DNA of 59,224 nucleotides, filler included, from Thelocarpon superellum (lineage: Eukaryota): the NCBI GenBank assembly GCA_026025795.1. It is 2 parts of 2 records of this genome, joined end to end, with 100 filler letters (N's around TTAATTAATTAA, not from the genome) between each part and the next. Parts side by side here need not be neighbours in the genome. Positions count along the whole stretch, not along the records: positions 29,712 to 59,224 come from JAPEUG010000218.1; 1 more part is not named here. The stretch is one strand, 5' to 3'. The notes under the pieces were generated by a model. That model was not told the origin of the DNA, searched no databases, and worked only from the letters and a program-made list of their open reading frames with translations. Made by a program: the position numbers and the translations under genes. Position 1 is the first letter of the stretch. Every line of letters begins with the position of its first letter. Shown here one piece after another: positions 45,404 through 58,102 of the stretch.

Positions 45404-47983
45404 CTATGATCGCCTGATCTCCGCTATGGCAGCACGACGATATTCCGAGTCAGCGAAGAGCGCCTGGATGAGCTCGACGACCTCAGGCGCGGAAAACTCC
45501 AGCTTCAGCTCCCCCTCGCTCCACAGGTACTTGATGTCCGCCAGCGAGCTCTCGAGAATACTCGCCAGATACTGGAAGCGGAGCCAGCTTGGCACGTAGA
45601 CTGCGGTCAGTGGGATTGGGTCCGTTGCCGCAGGTGTAGGAGGAAGAGCGGCGGCAGTAGAAGTAGAGAGAAGTGGTGCGTCGGGGAGGAAAAGGGTGTC
45701 AAGCGCGGTGAATCGACCGCAAATTGCAGCCAGGCGCTGCGATTCCGTCTCGGAAATGTCGGGCATGTCTTCGACGTCGAGGATGACTTTGTTGGTCGCC
45801 GTGGCGAGGAGCGAGCCTAGGGATTGAAGCAGCGCGGAGCGCGAGAGTACGGCTTTCCATCGTCGCTCCAGCGTCGTGATCTGCGCGACCGTCCCGCTGA
45901 CTGCCGTGTCGCACGCCTCGGCGAATGGCGATGCCGTGGAATTGACGAAGCCCTGCGCCCCGTCGAGCAGGTCCGCGATGATCGTGCGTTGTGCTTCCAT
46001 CTCTTTAGTGTAAGCGCGCTTGCCGAAGCCTTCGAGTGCCGTGGCATCCGCGTCGAGTTTCAGCCTCTTGGCGATTGAGGGCGGGGCCGAGGCTTGAACC
46101 GTTCGGAGTTGCTCGGCCAGCCAGAGGCTGTCGTTGTAGAGGTACATGCTGCCGCTATCATGTCTGCTGTAGTGCGATGGCGCGCAGGCCCGGAACATCG
46201 CGAGGGTGAGGGTGGGGAGGGGGAAGAGTCCCGTGGCGGCGGGGGCGATGGGGTTGTCGGTTGCGCTTTGCTCCGTGAGCTGCTCCGCGTCATGGATGAT
46301 GTTCTCGACCACCCCGAGGATGGCCTGTGGAATGGATGTGATGGTGTAATGTTCTCGCAGCGTCACCTCTTTTTCCGCTTTAGCGCCTTTTGATGCCTGT
46401 CCGTTGCGATTTGGAGCCGGTTGGAAAGCTTTCTGTGGACTTGCTGGGGTCGACTTGTTGTTCTTCTCGTCTCCCCAGCCCCAGGCCTCTTCGACTTCAT
46501 CGTCATCAGCGACGTGAATGTCGGACTCGGAGTTGCCTTGATCGTCCACCGGCTCATCCAATCCCCAGGCGCTGACATCCTCTTCCTCCTCTTCTCTTGC
46601 AGGTGACGTCTTCTCTTCGTCGTTATCTGACCAGCCGGCATTCCAGTCTTCTTCCGTCGCCCTGAACATCCCATCATCAGGCGCGACCTTTTGCGTCTCG
46701 ATTCGTTCAACAAGCTTCGTGTCCTTCAGACCTTGCTTCAGCATCGTCCGAACCAGCTCCAATGACGTTTCGCGGCGCTTGGTCAGCCATACGCGTGGAG
46801 TACTTTGGACCCAATCCTTTAAACCTTCCGTCCCTTTCCAGCCGAGCGAGTCGATTCGCTCGATGAAAGTCTCCACCATGGACAGCACCTCACGGAAGGT
46901 CGGCATCTCCGCGAGCGATGAAGGGAGTCCCGGCGTAAGCCAGAAGGTGATCAGCCTCGTGGAAACGCTTGACATCAGGGTTTGAGAGAGCGGCAGGGCG
47001 ATGGATGGGGGAAGGTTGGTGCTCAAGAAGTCGACCATGGACCCAAGGTCATGAAACAAGGGCCCAAGACCGGAGTTGGCCCCGTCAGTCGTGACCGTGA
47101 TGCTGTCCCCATCGATGGCAATGGTGACCGCTGAAGATAAGAAGGGATGGTCGAGCCGAGGGGAGAGCAGCACGCGGGCGAGAGCTTGATAGAGAACATC
47201 GACCTTGCGCTCCAAAAGATTCAATTTCTCCAGCCCTCGCACCACCCCGTCCATTTCGATCATTGCCTCTCGGCCTGAATGTCGAATGGAAATGCTCTGG
47301 TTTGCCTCGTCCACGACGACCCACTGATCCCACGACCGACCAAGGCTCTCCCCGATCACCTGGGGTAGGTAGTCCGCCCGCTCTTTGAGCATGCGGACCA
47401 CCGTGACATTTTGAGAGGTCCCCAATTGGCCCAAGCGTCCCTGGCAAATCTTGAGCAGGTCGATTGCCTCAGATAGCCGATTGGTGCTTGTCATCGTCTC
47501 CACTTGGTCGAGGGTAGTTTGAATCTCGTATATAAGCCCCAGCGCGTCGACAAGAGTCTGGTTGAAGGCGACCTCCGAGTCCAGGAGCCTCTTCTTGCCC
47601 GCTACATCCCCGAGCTGGTTGTCCAGCTGTTCACCCTGCTCGGCATGTCGAACGATCTCTTGCGCGGTCGCTTTGGCCGACTCGATGTCCTGCTGCAGTT
47701 TCTTGGCCTGCTGGATCCATTCGTCGATGTCGCCGGCGCTGTGTCGACCCAGGGTCCCGAGCTCTTTCTGTTACCTGTCAGCGCCGTCGCCTTTAGTGAT
47801 GGGCTCGTGGAGGATACTAACCTTAACATCCTTTCGAGCAGACTCGAGCGAGCTCAACAAGGTAGAGAAGGTTGTGGGGGGGAGATTGGCGGAGATGATG
47901 TCCTCTGAGTCCGGGTAGGCCCCATCTTGGACAAAGTGGAGCACTGCCTGGGCAAGCTGCGTCTCGGGTGGCAGCGACGGCAT
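45404..47983 (-). CDS. ZW10/Dsl1-family tethering protein
   Basis: Helical protein with a central acidic W-rich linker (EEDWNAGWSD, SAWGLDE, EAWGWGDE), MYLYNDSLWLA, DMPDISETESQRL, WLRFQYLASILESSLADI..LIQALFADSEYRRAAI. One 5' intron. Confidence 0.88.
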
Positions 47984-48674
47984 TCGGAGGGCATTCGACA
48001 GGATGACTGTGACACCCGTGGGGTGGTTCTTCAACGATGGTCAAGCAAATGGCATCATATGCCCTGTGGGAAGTGCATGGCTAAGACTCGCCTTCATGGT
48101 AACAGTTTGGTTGCACACTTGGTCAAAGTCGATCAACATGCGAACCGAGCAAATCGAGCAAATCGAGCAAACTAGGCAAACATTGACCGGCATCCGCGGC
48201 AAACACCGAGGCGATGTTCACCCCAGCTTATGCGGCTCCGCCCCTCGTAGGTCAGTGCATTCTGTGTGGGCAGAAGAGTCACGCAATATTCCGACTAACA
48301 TTATACTCGTTCTGAAGCTCCCGGCTACCAGGAACACTTTGGGAAACTCGGCCATCCTACTCATACATCGAGAGATGGTGGGTTCAGGCACCGTCAATCC
48401 TCGTGCCCATCTCATCGGTCTGAAAGAGCGTTGGGGTTGTCCAATACGTGTGATTCGGGCAAGGTAGCTCAGCTGTCTCCTCCAGTTCCTTCTTCGTTTG
48501 GTGTCTCAACATTCTTCTTCGCTGCCCCAAAGGCCCGTCGGATCTCTCTTCAGCCTCCTCGTTCAGGCCTCAACTCAGGCCGAGTCTTTCGTCATTCTAA
48601 CATGTCATGAGTCAAGTAGGCTCTTGCCACCGTTGTTCTAACTCTCCACGGTCTCGTCACGTGTGCACACCACA

Positions 48675-51600
48675 ATGTCGTCGGCGAGTGAAGGGACATC
48701 GTTCCGGACCCTTCAATCTTTCCAGACGGACTATGTTCCCACCACCTTCACCCAGTACGAGTCGGCTCGCACGGGCATGAGGGTGGTTACGGTCGACTCG
48801 GACGGTCCCAAGGTCTATGGCTTCTTTACCCTGGCCACGGAAATCCACGATGACTCGGGAGCACGTAAGTCATTGGCCGACACGTCAAGATCCGTACCAA
48901 CATCATCTAGCCCATACCCTGGAGCACCTGGTCTTCATGGTAAGTACGTACGACACACGCAAGCTATTCATACTGATCCGAGCAGGGATCTAAGAGCTAC
49001 CAGTATAAAGGCGTTCTGGATAAGTTAGCCACGAGGGCGTATTCCGCCACCAACGCGTGGACGGCTACCGATCATACGGCCTACACCCTAGAAGCGGCAG
49101 GCTGGGAGGGCTTTGCTCAGATTGTAGGTTGCCGACACAGACGACGAGCGCTTGCGTTCCATGCTGATCCATCTCAGCTTCCCGTGTATCTCGAGCATGT
49201 ACTCCTCCCGACTTTGACTGACGCCGGCTGCTATACCGAGGTGCACCATGTGGACGGCACAGGGAATGACGCCGGAGTTGTCTACTCGGAGATGCAGGGC
49301 GTCCAGAATCTGTCAACGGAGCTGATGGATCTCCGGGCCAAGCGACTCCTCTACCCGGAGAATGTCGGCTTCCGCTATGAAACGGGAGGCATGATGGAAC
49401 AGCTCCGTATCCTGACGGCGGACCACATTCGGGCCTTCCATAGAGCGATGTACCAGCCCAAGAACCTGTGCCTCATCATCATCGGCCGCATCGACCATCA
49501 ACACTTGTTGGCGACCTTGGACAAATTTGAAGGGACCATCCTTGATGACATTCCGTCACCCAACGACCCTTGGAAGCGTCCGTGGATCGACTCACCACAG
49601 CCACCGGCGCTGGCCACGTCCGTCGTTGAGACCGTCGAATTTCCCGAAGAGGATGAATCGTCGGGCGAGGTTCTCATTGAGTTCCTGGGGCCGGGTGTGA
49701 ATGATACGATGTTGTGTACGGCGTTAAGCGTGCTCCTAGTCTACCTGGCCGGTTCGTCTGTCTCCGTGATGGAGAATACCTTGGTCGAGAAAGAACAGGT
49801 CACCAGTGCAGTCGTCTTCTCGACCGAATTTCGGCCGGACACCGTCATCCGCTTCTCTCTGGAGAGCGTTGCCACCGAGAAATTGGCCGAGGTGGAACAG
49901 CGCTTCTTCCAGGTACTCCAAGAGACACAGGCAAGGCCGCTGGACATGAAATACCTCTTGGATTGCATCCGGAGGCATAAGCGGCAGGTGAAGTACGTGA
50001 CGGAGGGGTCGGCCCGGGAATTCTCCGACTCCATCATCAGCGACTTCCTCTTTGGAGAACGGGATGGCTCGACGCTAAAGGAGATGGAGTCGCTGCGGGA
50101 GTACGACGCCCTCGAGGCCTGGACGGAGGCTCAATGGAAGGAGTTTTTGAGCAAGTGGCTCGCCGATGCTCACCACGTGTCGATCCTTGGACGACCATCG
50201 GCAGCGCTATCTGCGACGATGAAGGCAGACGAGAAGCGTCGGGTCAAGGAGCAGCAAGAGCGCCTCGGAGAAGAGGGTCTCAAACGACTGGAGAAGCAAC
50301 TCGCGGAGGCGAAGGCGGCCAATGACGTGGAAATTCCACGATCCATGTTGGAGCAGTTCACGATTCCGGGCACAGACTCCATCCACTTCATCAAGACCAC
50401 AACGGCTCGTGCCGGTCTGGCACGAAAGATGGGCCCTTGTGAGAATCCGATTCAGGGGATCGTTGACCGGGACCAGCCCGACCTACCGTTGTTCATCCAG
50501 TTTGAACACGTTCCGACCAATTTCGTTCATGTCAACCTCGTCCTTTCCACCGGATCCATCCCGGTGAAGTTGCGTCCATATCTATCCATCTACCTCGAGA
50601 ATTTCTTCAACCTTCCCATCACCCGGAACGGACAGCAGATCGGGTTTGAGCAAGTGGTGACGGAGCTGGAGAAAGACACGGTGGCATACAGCATCCAGGA
50701 CGGTAGCCACATTGGTACTGGTGAGGTGATCTGCATCGGAATCATAGTCGAGCCGCAGATGTACGTCAAGGCGATTGAATGGCTGAAAGAACTCATGACG
50801 GCGTCAATTTTCACCGAGGAGGTAGGCGAGAGACGGCATGCAATGGAGAGACCGCGCTGATGTATGGCAGCGGTTGAAAGCAACGCTGACTAAATTGCTG
50901 GCGGAGATCCCTGATGAGAAACGAGATGGCTACAGCGTATGAAGCCTCTTCCCATTCCTGCAAGTCAAGCTCACCAGAAACTAGATGGTCGCCTCCGTGC
51001 GAAGGATGTTGCACTTTGCGCCAGAATCGCTCAGTCGCGCATGCAACACCCTGGTCAAAGCGCTGCACCTGCGGCGAATCAAACGAATCCTTCAGAAAGA
51101 CCCAGGGACGGTCATTGCACAGATGGAAGAGTTACGCGAGGCACTCTATCGATTTGAGAACATGCGGGTCCTCCTGATTGCCAACGTGGAGAAGCTACCG
51201 AAGCCCGTGACGACATGGGCGCCGTTCGTCAACGGGCTCGACACAAAGCAGCCCCTGCGTATCCTCGACCGCGCCAACACTCGGCTCAGTGCGGCAGGAA
51301 AGAAGCCGGGAGAGCTAGCACATATCGTGCCAATGCCAGCCATCGACTCGTCGTACTCGCTCTTCACAGCCCGGGGGCTGGATTCATACACGCACCCGCA
51401 GCTACCGGCGTTGATGGTGGCGATCGCCTACCTTGACGCGGCGGAGGGGCCGATGTGGTGCGCGGTGCGCGGAACGGGCCTCGCATATGGCACGGGCTTC
51501 CAGCAGGTGACGCAGGCCGACCAGCTCATCTTCCGCATCTACCGCTCGCCCGACACGTTCAAAGCGTACGCGGCGAGTAAGAAGGTCATCGAATCGTATA

Positions 51601-52168
51601 TCGACGGCAGCGCGGCCTTTGATCCGCCAGCCCTGCAAGGCGCCATCAGCAGTATCGTCATGGCTTACGCGGACGAGCAACCCAGCATGGTGTCGGCAGC
51701 ACAGATGAGCTTCATCCACCAGGTCGTGCGCGACATTTCGACCGATTATAACGAGCAGATGTTGAAGAAGGTGCGCGAGGTGACTGTTGACCAGATCAAG
51801 ACAGTCTTGGAGGACATTGTTCTTCCGATCTTTTTGCCGGGGACGTCGGACGTGGTGGTCACGTGTGCGCCGATTATGGAGGAAGTGAGTCTGAAAAAGG
51901 AAAGCAATGAAGAGAAGGCCACTAACAGCGAGACCCACAGAGCCTAATTAAGAGCTTCACGGAAGTGGGGTTCAAACCGGAGGTTCATCCGCTCTCGTTC
52001 TTCCAGGACGATTATGGCCTGGTCGCTGATGCTGATGATGATAATGATGACGACGACGATGGTGACGACGACGAAGAGATGGAAGACGGGGACGAAGACG
52101 AAGAAGAGTCGTGGGGCGAGATCGACGAGGAAGGAGAAGAACAGGTGGAGGAGAAGGATGAACTATGA
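48675..52168 (+). CDS. M16 (insulinase-family) zinc metallopeptidase, YOL098C/Sdd3-like
   Basis: Spliced exons give TEIHDDSGAPHTLEHLVFMGS (inverted HxxEH), NAWTATDHTAY, GVVYSEMQG, YETGG, AVRGTGLAYG, IYRSPD; acidic tail. About 6 introns. Confidence 0.92.
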
Positions 52169-52899
52169 TGTATGCTATCCTTTTCCACACCTTCTTACCC
52201 TCTTCTCCTCCAGATGGATGAGCGGGCAGATGATGCACCGAAGGACATTCACGAATCCACGAGATGAGAAGTATGATAGAACGAAGGAATACGACGAGAC
52301 CAGTCCATTTATTCATTTATTCTAGAGGATGAACCACGACAGAGGAGGTGTACAACTGAGCCGTGAGGATTGCATTTCAATTCGCTTCACGTCACGTACA
52401 TATATGAACATACGGAATGCGCCGTCTCCCCTCCCTCTCTCACTTCACGTCCCGTGGCGTGTCCAGTTCCCCTCCGCATCTCTTCTCGCCTCTCCCGTTC
52501 CCAAAGTACCCCAGATGCCCAAATCATCAATCGTCAATCGAGAGATAGAAGCAATTACGTACATGGTGGGCGGACCATAAGTACAAAAAATACATGACTT
52601 TCATTTTTGGGGGACGAGAAGGGAAGGGGGAAGGTTAGGAGGTCAGAAGGATAGTATAGCTTCATAGCCGTCGCGCCGCGCGGTATGGCTGCCCATGTGT
52701 GCATCTTCCGCAATCGGACAGCAGGTATGGTCGAGGTAGGAGGAAGTGGTAAGTCGCTGACCGCACTTGCGTCTGGTGTCGGTTCTTGTGGTTGTGGATA
52801 TGGATGTCGTTTTGGCCCCTCGATGGTGAACGAAATAGGTTTCGAACTAGTGCTCGTGGAAATACCCAAGCCTTGGAGAACGGTACCGTCAGGACGGCC

Positions 52900-53433
52900 T
52901 TATGAAGTCACCCCGCCCGAGTTCATAGTGGCTGGGGGGGCCAGCATCGTCCCCGCGGTGTTGCCGTTGGTACCGGCGGCGCCATTCAATGTGCTAAGAA
53001 GACTGTTGATAACGCTGAGGCCCTGGGTGAATCCCCCACCACCACTGGAGGAAGCACCCGCGCTACTTAATGTGCTGGAAACCTGTTGGGCCACTTGTAG
53101 CATCTGTTGAAGCTTCGCCGGGTCAAGTTGATGGTGATGTTGTCCGCCGGAACATGTTGTTGGCGTTGATGACATTGACGTAGGTGGACCCGTGCCTGTC
53201 CCAACGATGTTCCCAGGTACTGTCGATCCCGCCGCGGCTCCATCAACAGGCACCGTGGCAGGTGGTGTGGCAGGTGGTGCAGCCTGTTGAGCGGCCGGTT
53301 GTACACCTGATTGTGCACCCGGTTGAGTGGCTGGTTGAGCGGCAGGCCCTGTGACGGTCTGCGGGATAGGTGCCGGCAGCACGCCACTTATGAATAGGAC
53401 CATGAGGGCTATGACGTGAAAGAGGTAGACCAT
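52900..53433 (-). CDS. Putative secreted low-complexity P/Q/T/G-rich protein
   Basis: ATG at 53433 in good context (accATGg). Signal-peptide-like MVYLFHVIALMVLFISGVLPAPIPQ, followed by QPAA/QPGA repeats. Confidence 0.65.
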   Translation of the reverse strand: MVYLFHVIALMVLFISGVLPAPIPQTVTGPAAQPATQPGAQSGVQPAAQQAAPPATPPATVPVDGAAAGSTVPGNIVGTGTGPPTSMSSTPTTCSGGQHHHQLDPAKLQQMLQVAQQVSSTLSSAGASSSGGGGFTQGLSVINSLLSTLNGAAGTNGNTAGTMLAPPATMNSGGVTS

Positions 53434-54403
53434 GGTGGGTGGTCTGGATGATTGTCTATGCCAGCGTAGTGGCTGTTGGGGACACGAAGGGAGGGTAGCA
53501 GTCGCTCTCGTCTGCAAAGAGAGGTCTCTTCTTCAGCGGCAGGTGAGGAGTATGAAGAAGATAAGAGATCACCAGCTTCTTTGTATGCCGAGCAGCGTGG
53601 TTCAGGTATATGAATGCGAGCAGGGCCGGAGCAGGCCGCGAAGACACGCCATGGCGCCGAAACCGCATGAGAATCGGAACAATGGCGGAACGAAACCGCA
53701 CCGGGATGATTTGGATGAGGTGGGCCTGCTATCTTTGGAGGGTCTCGCACCGCTGCGTTTTGGCTCATTGTGTTCATGCGCTCGCGGACGAAACGTACCT
53801 GCGGTCGGGATGGCCCCGTCGAGCATGAGGCTGAGCGGGCATGTGTGACGCATTACAGGTCATGAGCATATGGTGAAACTTGGCCCTCAAACCTCTGGAA
53901 CTCTCTGGTGGAGAGATGGCTGGTCGAGGTGTAAGGACTTGGTGTTGAAACCCCAAGGTGAATCGGGCCAAATTCATGGCTTATGCAGCCAAGGTGGCGT
54001 TTGGGCTTCACCCATCTCCGCCTGCGGCCACGCGGACCTCCGAGCCACACGATACCCTGTGCGCGTCTCGCCCGCCACCGCTACCCTGGGTTGCGTCTGT
54101 GCGTCGTCATCCTGCTATAATTCACCTCTCCGGCCCCGGGCCATGCGGTTCCATCTGTGGCTGACGGGCGTGGGAAAGCTTACGTTGGAGCATGATCCTA
54201 GTAAAGCCGAGCGAGAGCAAGTTGGAAGAAGGCTGACTAATGTTCAAAGGCTTCCACCCACACCATCGCATTCTGATACGCTTCTCCCTTGCCGGGACCA
54301 TTGTTGTTGTCCCTTGCCACTCGTGGTCACGTTTATGGATAAGCCAATTGTCTACGCACAATCTCAAGAATACTCTGCGGAGTGTGCAATGGGAGAAGAC
54401 GAA

Positions 54404-55256
54404 TCACATGAAGGCATAGGGTAAGGCCAGAAGAACAACGCAACCCCTCCACGTCCATCCCTTGGTCGCCTGACTAGTCACCTTCACCGTCACCGTCGGA
54501 TGCGTCGGATCCGTGGAAGTGGTTTGCCCCGTGGAATCCTGGCCCGTGGAGCTCGATTGACCCGAGGAACTCGATTGACCCGAGGAGCTCGGCTGGCTCG
54601 TGGTGGGCTGACTAGATGAAGGCGAGGAGGACGGGGTGGCGCTGGACGACAAGCCGCTCGGAGTTGGGTACGGTCCAGTGTAGAGGTTTCCTTTCTCCCC
54701 ATCTGCCAATGTGTACGCGCCCGACTTGGCATTGCCAGTCGTCCCGTCCCCGGTGTGGAAGGCCCCGGTTCTGTTCCACGTCCGCCTTAGTTTCCTGTGC
54801 TTCAGGTACGACGCGTGCAGTACGCCGGTCAGGTCAGGGCCAAGCTTACACTTCATTGAGGCAGAACGGATCGCCTTGTAAAGACAAGCATTGTTCCGCG
54901 TCCGTGCCTGCTCCGGCTCAGCTATCAGTCTCACCATCTACTCGCCTTCTCTCTCGTCTCGACATCAAAACGTACACTCAAGCGTGCCACGTTTCTGCAG
55001 GACGCTCCGCTTCCAAATGGCCCCGAGGACGGCGAGACCCGCCTCCCCAATAAGAGCGGCGCTGTAGCCCGCGATCGCAGCCACTTGGCCATCGACCGAC
55101 CGGGCATTGCTTGTAGTACAATCGGCGGTCTATGAAGCAGACGCTGAAGTCAGCAACGGCCCAGGCGGACTCGAGATCAGGGGCGTAGAAGCCCACCGCG
55201 CCGAGCACATGACACAGAAGCCACGCCAGCGTGACGCTGATACCGGAGACCTTCAT
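54404..55256 (-). CDS. Putative GPI-anchored cell-surface protein
   Basis: Signal peptide MKVSGISVTLAWLLCHVLGA. Three GT-AG introns give ..KRGTLECTDAEQCLSLQGDPFCLNEVTGAFHTGDGTTGN..GNLYTGPYP, an S/T-rich stalk, and a hydrophobic C-terminus (GCVVLLALPYAFM*). Confidence 0.75.
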
Positions 55257-56150
55257 GCTGAGAATTCACAGCAACAAAACGGCGAAGACGTTGAGATTTA
55301 GTAGCCAACAGCGTAGTCGACCTCAATGGCACGGGCACGCGATACCCAGGTGAACACCATGGTCGGCCATCCTCACGCCTTTAAGAGGCCTCTCTCTCAC
55401 CCTTTGTGCTACAGAGTCTGTGGCGTTCAGCCACGTCTCAAAAACGCAAAAAACGATAGCCTTGCGGCTCTGTCAAGGGTCCACAATGGCCAGCCTCGCC
55501 GACCGAGTCCGTGTCATCAAGCCATGGGAAGCACGATAGATGCTCCTCGGGCTTGGCATGGCTCTTCACATCCAATAAGCAATGCGGCTCGTGCCCGCGG
55601 GACCGATGGACGGGGTCTGGCCCTGCATGAGACGTTGAGCTCGGGGCGAATCTAGGCCGGATGCGGGTCCCGTCGGCTACGCTGGCGCCCTCCTGCCCGC
55701 CCGATGAGGTATGGGATAGATGGGCTCGCGCCCGCAAGGACATGACCCTGAATCTATTCGTACGGGACCAGAGAGGCGGCCAATAATTTCACTCGAGCTG
55801 AGTGGACAAATCACACGAGCACTTGCAAGGCGGTTCAAGCCAGCGCCGATGCTTCATCCTTACCTTTTACCAGACGTGGATATACGTTAACTTCGCTACC
55901 GTGCAGAGAGCGGTCTTACCCAGGTGATTCGCCTCGCCTCGTAGCTCGTCCTGTCCGCTCACTGCGTGCACCTGAACCATTCTACCATTTTGTTAATTAG
56001 ACGCACGACAAGGTCACCGTAATCAAGCGTCACGCCCCAAGACAGCTGTAGTTAGCACGAATGGCGCTCGTGCTGCTTACTACCACTACGGCAGGCTTTT
56101 GGGAGGCCCACGCTCCCTGCCACCGCCGATGAGCGCAGCTTGAGAAAGTA

Positions 56151-56220
56151 GCAACGCATCGCAACGCATCGCAACGCACCGCAGCATTTCGCAGCGCTTC
56201 GCAGCGCTTCGCAGCACATT
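56151..56220. repeat. 10-bp tandem repeat x7 (GCARCRY..)
   Basis: gcaacgcatc gcaacgcatc gcaacgcacc gcagcatttc gcagcgcttc gcagcgcttc gcagcacatt. Confidence 0.9.
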
Positions 56221-56681
56221 CCCTTCGCCGCATGGACCATCTAGATCGACACATCCCAGCGCATCCGGCACGCTCGCAACCGGCATCGTGGAAGGCAGAC
56301 CGTGAACTCCCGGCTGCGTCCCGGTTCGCTCCCGCCACCTACCTATTCGGGTCTGACGTAAGTAGATCAGACCACAGAGCGACATCGGTCCGCTTTAGCA
56401 TCGCGTTAGCAGGCCCGGTGGATGATGGACGGCGAGCGAGAAAATATCTCACGAGATGCGCGATAGAGAGCAAGAGAGAGACGCGGATGCCTTTGTATTC
56501 CTTGGATCTGCTATATAGCGAGATAACTATCTGGCTGTGCGTCTGAACCGTCCATTCTCCGTCCTGCCGGTCGTTTGTGGGAGAGGATTACACGAGCCGC
56601 CATCATCCGTCACGCTCACGTCGCGGCTTTCGACGTGATCCCGCCTGACGACTCAGGATCGCGCTCGCGGCACTCAGCATC

Positions 56682-58073
56682 ATGGCAGTCGGCGTAGGCG
56701 CTCGACCAGCGTCCAAGGTCAAGCCGTGGGTGGAGACACCGCTGAAGCTGTCGGCGCCGCTGTCGCGCTCGGCTGGATGGTAAGTGGGCGGGCAGAGGCC
56801 AGCCCGCCATCGGCCTCTGTCTGCGTCCGTGACGCCTTACGCGGCGGCGTGGCGGTGTGACTTTGGCTGAGAGGTCGTGTGTGTCATCAGCAAAGTCTAC
56901 ATGAAGCTAGATAATCTGCAACCATCCGGATCGTTCAAGACAAGGTGAGGAAGCGTAGTGCATCATCCTCCTGATCGTGCTCGAATTCTCACCACCATCC
57001 TAGGGGAATCGGTCACTACATGTCCCAGCGCATCCTCGAGCATGGTCCTGAGGCCAAAGTGCATTTCTACTGCGCGAGTGGGGGAAATGCTGGTAGAAGC
57101 ATCCCATCTCCCTTTTGATTCACCAGGGCTGACCCTGGTCACAGGGCTGGCGTGCGCGACGGCGGCTCAAACCCTGGGACGGCAGGCGACCATCGTGGTG
57201 CTCGAGTCGACCCCGGCACACGTTGTTGCCAAGATCCGCCTGCTGGGCGCCACCGTGCATCAACACGGGGCCTCGTGGCAGGACGCGGACGGGTATCTAC
57301 GCGCCCAGTGTCTGGCCCCCGACCCGGACGGCGTCTACGTGCCCGCCTTCGATCATGAAGACATCTGGGTGGGCAACGCCAGCTGCGTCAACGAGATCGC
57401 CGCCCAGCTCCGCATCCTGAAGGCATCGGAGCTGGACGAGCGAACCGATGCTGCCGAGGCTGACTGGGACGGCCGACCAGATGCCATCATCTGCAGCGTG
57501 GGTGGCGGCGGCCTCCTCAATGGCGTGATGCTTGCCTTGGACGCGCACGGCTGGGGCAGCTCCGTCCCCGTCCTGGCGGTGGAGACGCGTGGTGCCGATT
57601 CGTTGGCGCAGGCCGTCGCTGCCGGCCAGCTCGTCACCTTGCCCGCCATCACCAGCATCGCCAAGAGTCTGGGCGCCGTCCGCGTTGCGGCCCAGACCCT
57701 TGCCAGCGCGCAGCGTGCCAATGTGCGGACGGTGGTGGTGGAGGACGCCCAGGCGGCGCGCGCGTCGTGGCGCTTTGCCGACGACGAACGCATTCTGGTC
57801 GAGGTTGGGTGCAGCGCCAGCCTGACGCCATTGTATGAACCGGGTCTGTTGAAGCAGCTGGTCCCCGGCCTGCATGAGAACAGTCGCGTCGTCGTCGTCG
57901 TGTGTGGCGGAAGCAACATCAGTCTCGAGATCCTCGAGGGCTATCGACGGACCTATGGTGCCGGCGAGGTTACCGTGGCCGATGTCCCGAGCGCCTTCAC
58001 CGCGCCCACGGCGTCGCGCCCAGCGGAGACGCGGCGCTGGTGGTTTCCCTGGATCCGCGCCCTGCGAGGCTGA
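56682..58073 (+). CDS. CHA1: L-serine/threonine dehydratase (PLP fold-type II)
   Basis: Spliced exons give PWVETPL, VYMKLDNLQPSGSFKTRGIG (PLP lysine), SGGNAGLA, CSVGGGGLL, VVVVCGGSNI. Three introns. Confidence 0.92.
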
Positions 58074-58102
58074 GTGGGAACGGTCGATTTCATAGACGGG
58101 CA

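Noticed and set aside
47590..47620. Apparent frameshift near the ZW10 5' end
   Set aside because: Recounting the C run (4 C) keeps QLGDVAGKKRLL in frame. The ORF track starts late only because of the upstream intron.
48146..48171. (CGAGCAAAT)x3; also short repeats at ~4084-4128, ~20538-20560 and ~39843-39892
   Set aside because: Short, low-copy tandem duplications typical of intergenic slippage; no further support.
55850..55995. U5 snRNA-like loop (ACCTTTTACCAGA) with downstream ATTTTG
   Set aside because: The invariant GCCUUUUAC has G>A, the closing stem is mismatched, and the Sm-like site is weak and too distant.
56030..56338. ORF ending in CLGA as a CaaX pheromone precursor
   Set aside because: Non-ATG start, Gly at the a2 position, and its Cys/Arg content derives from the 10-bp repeat.
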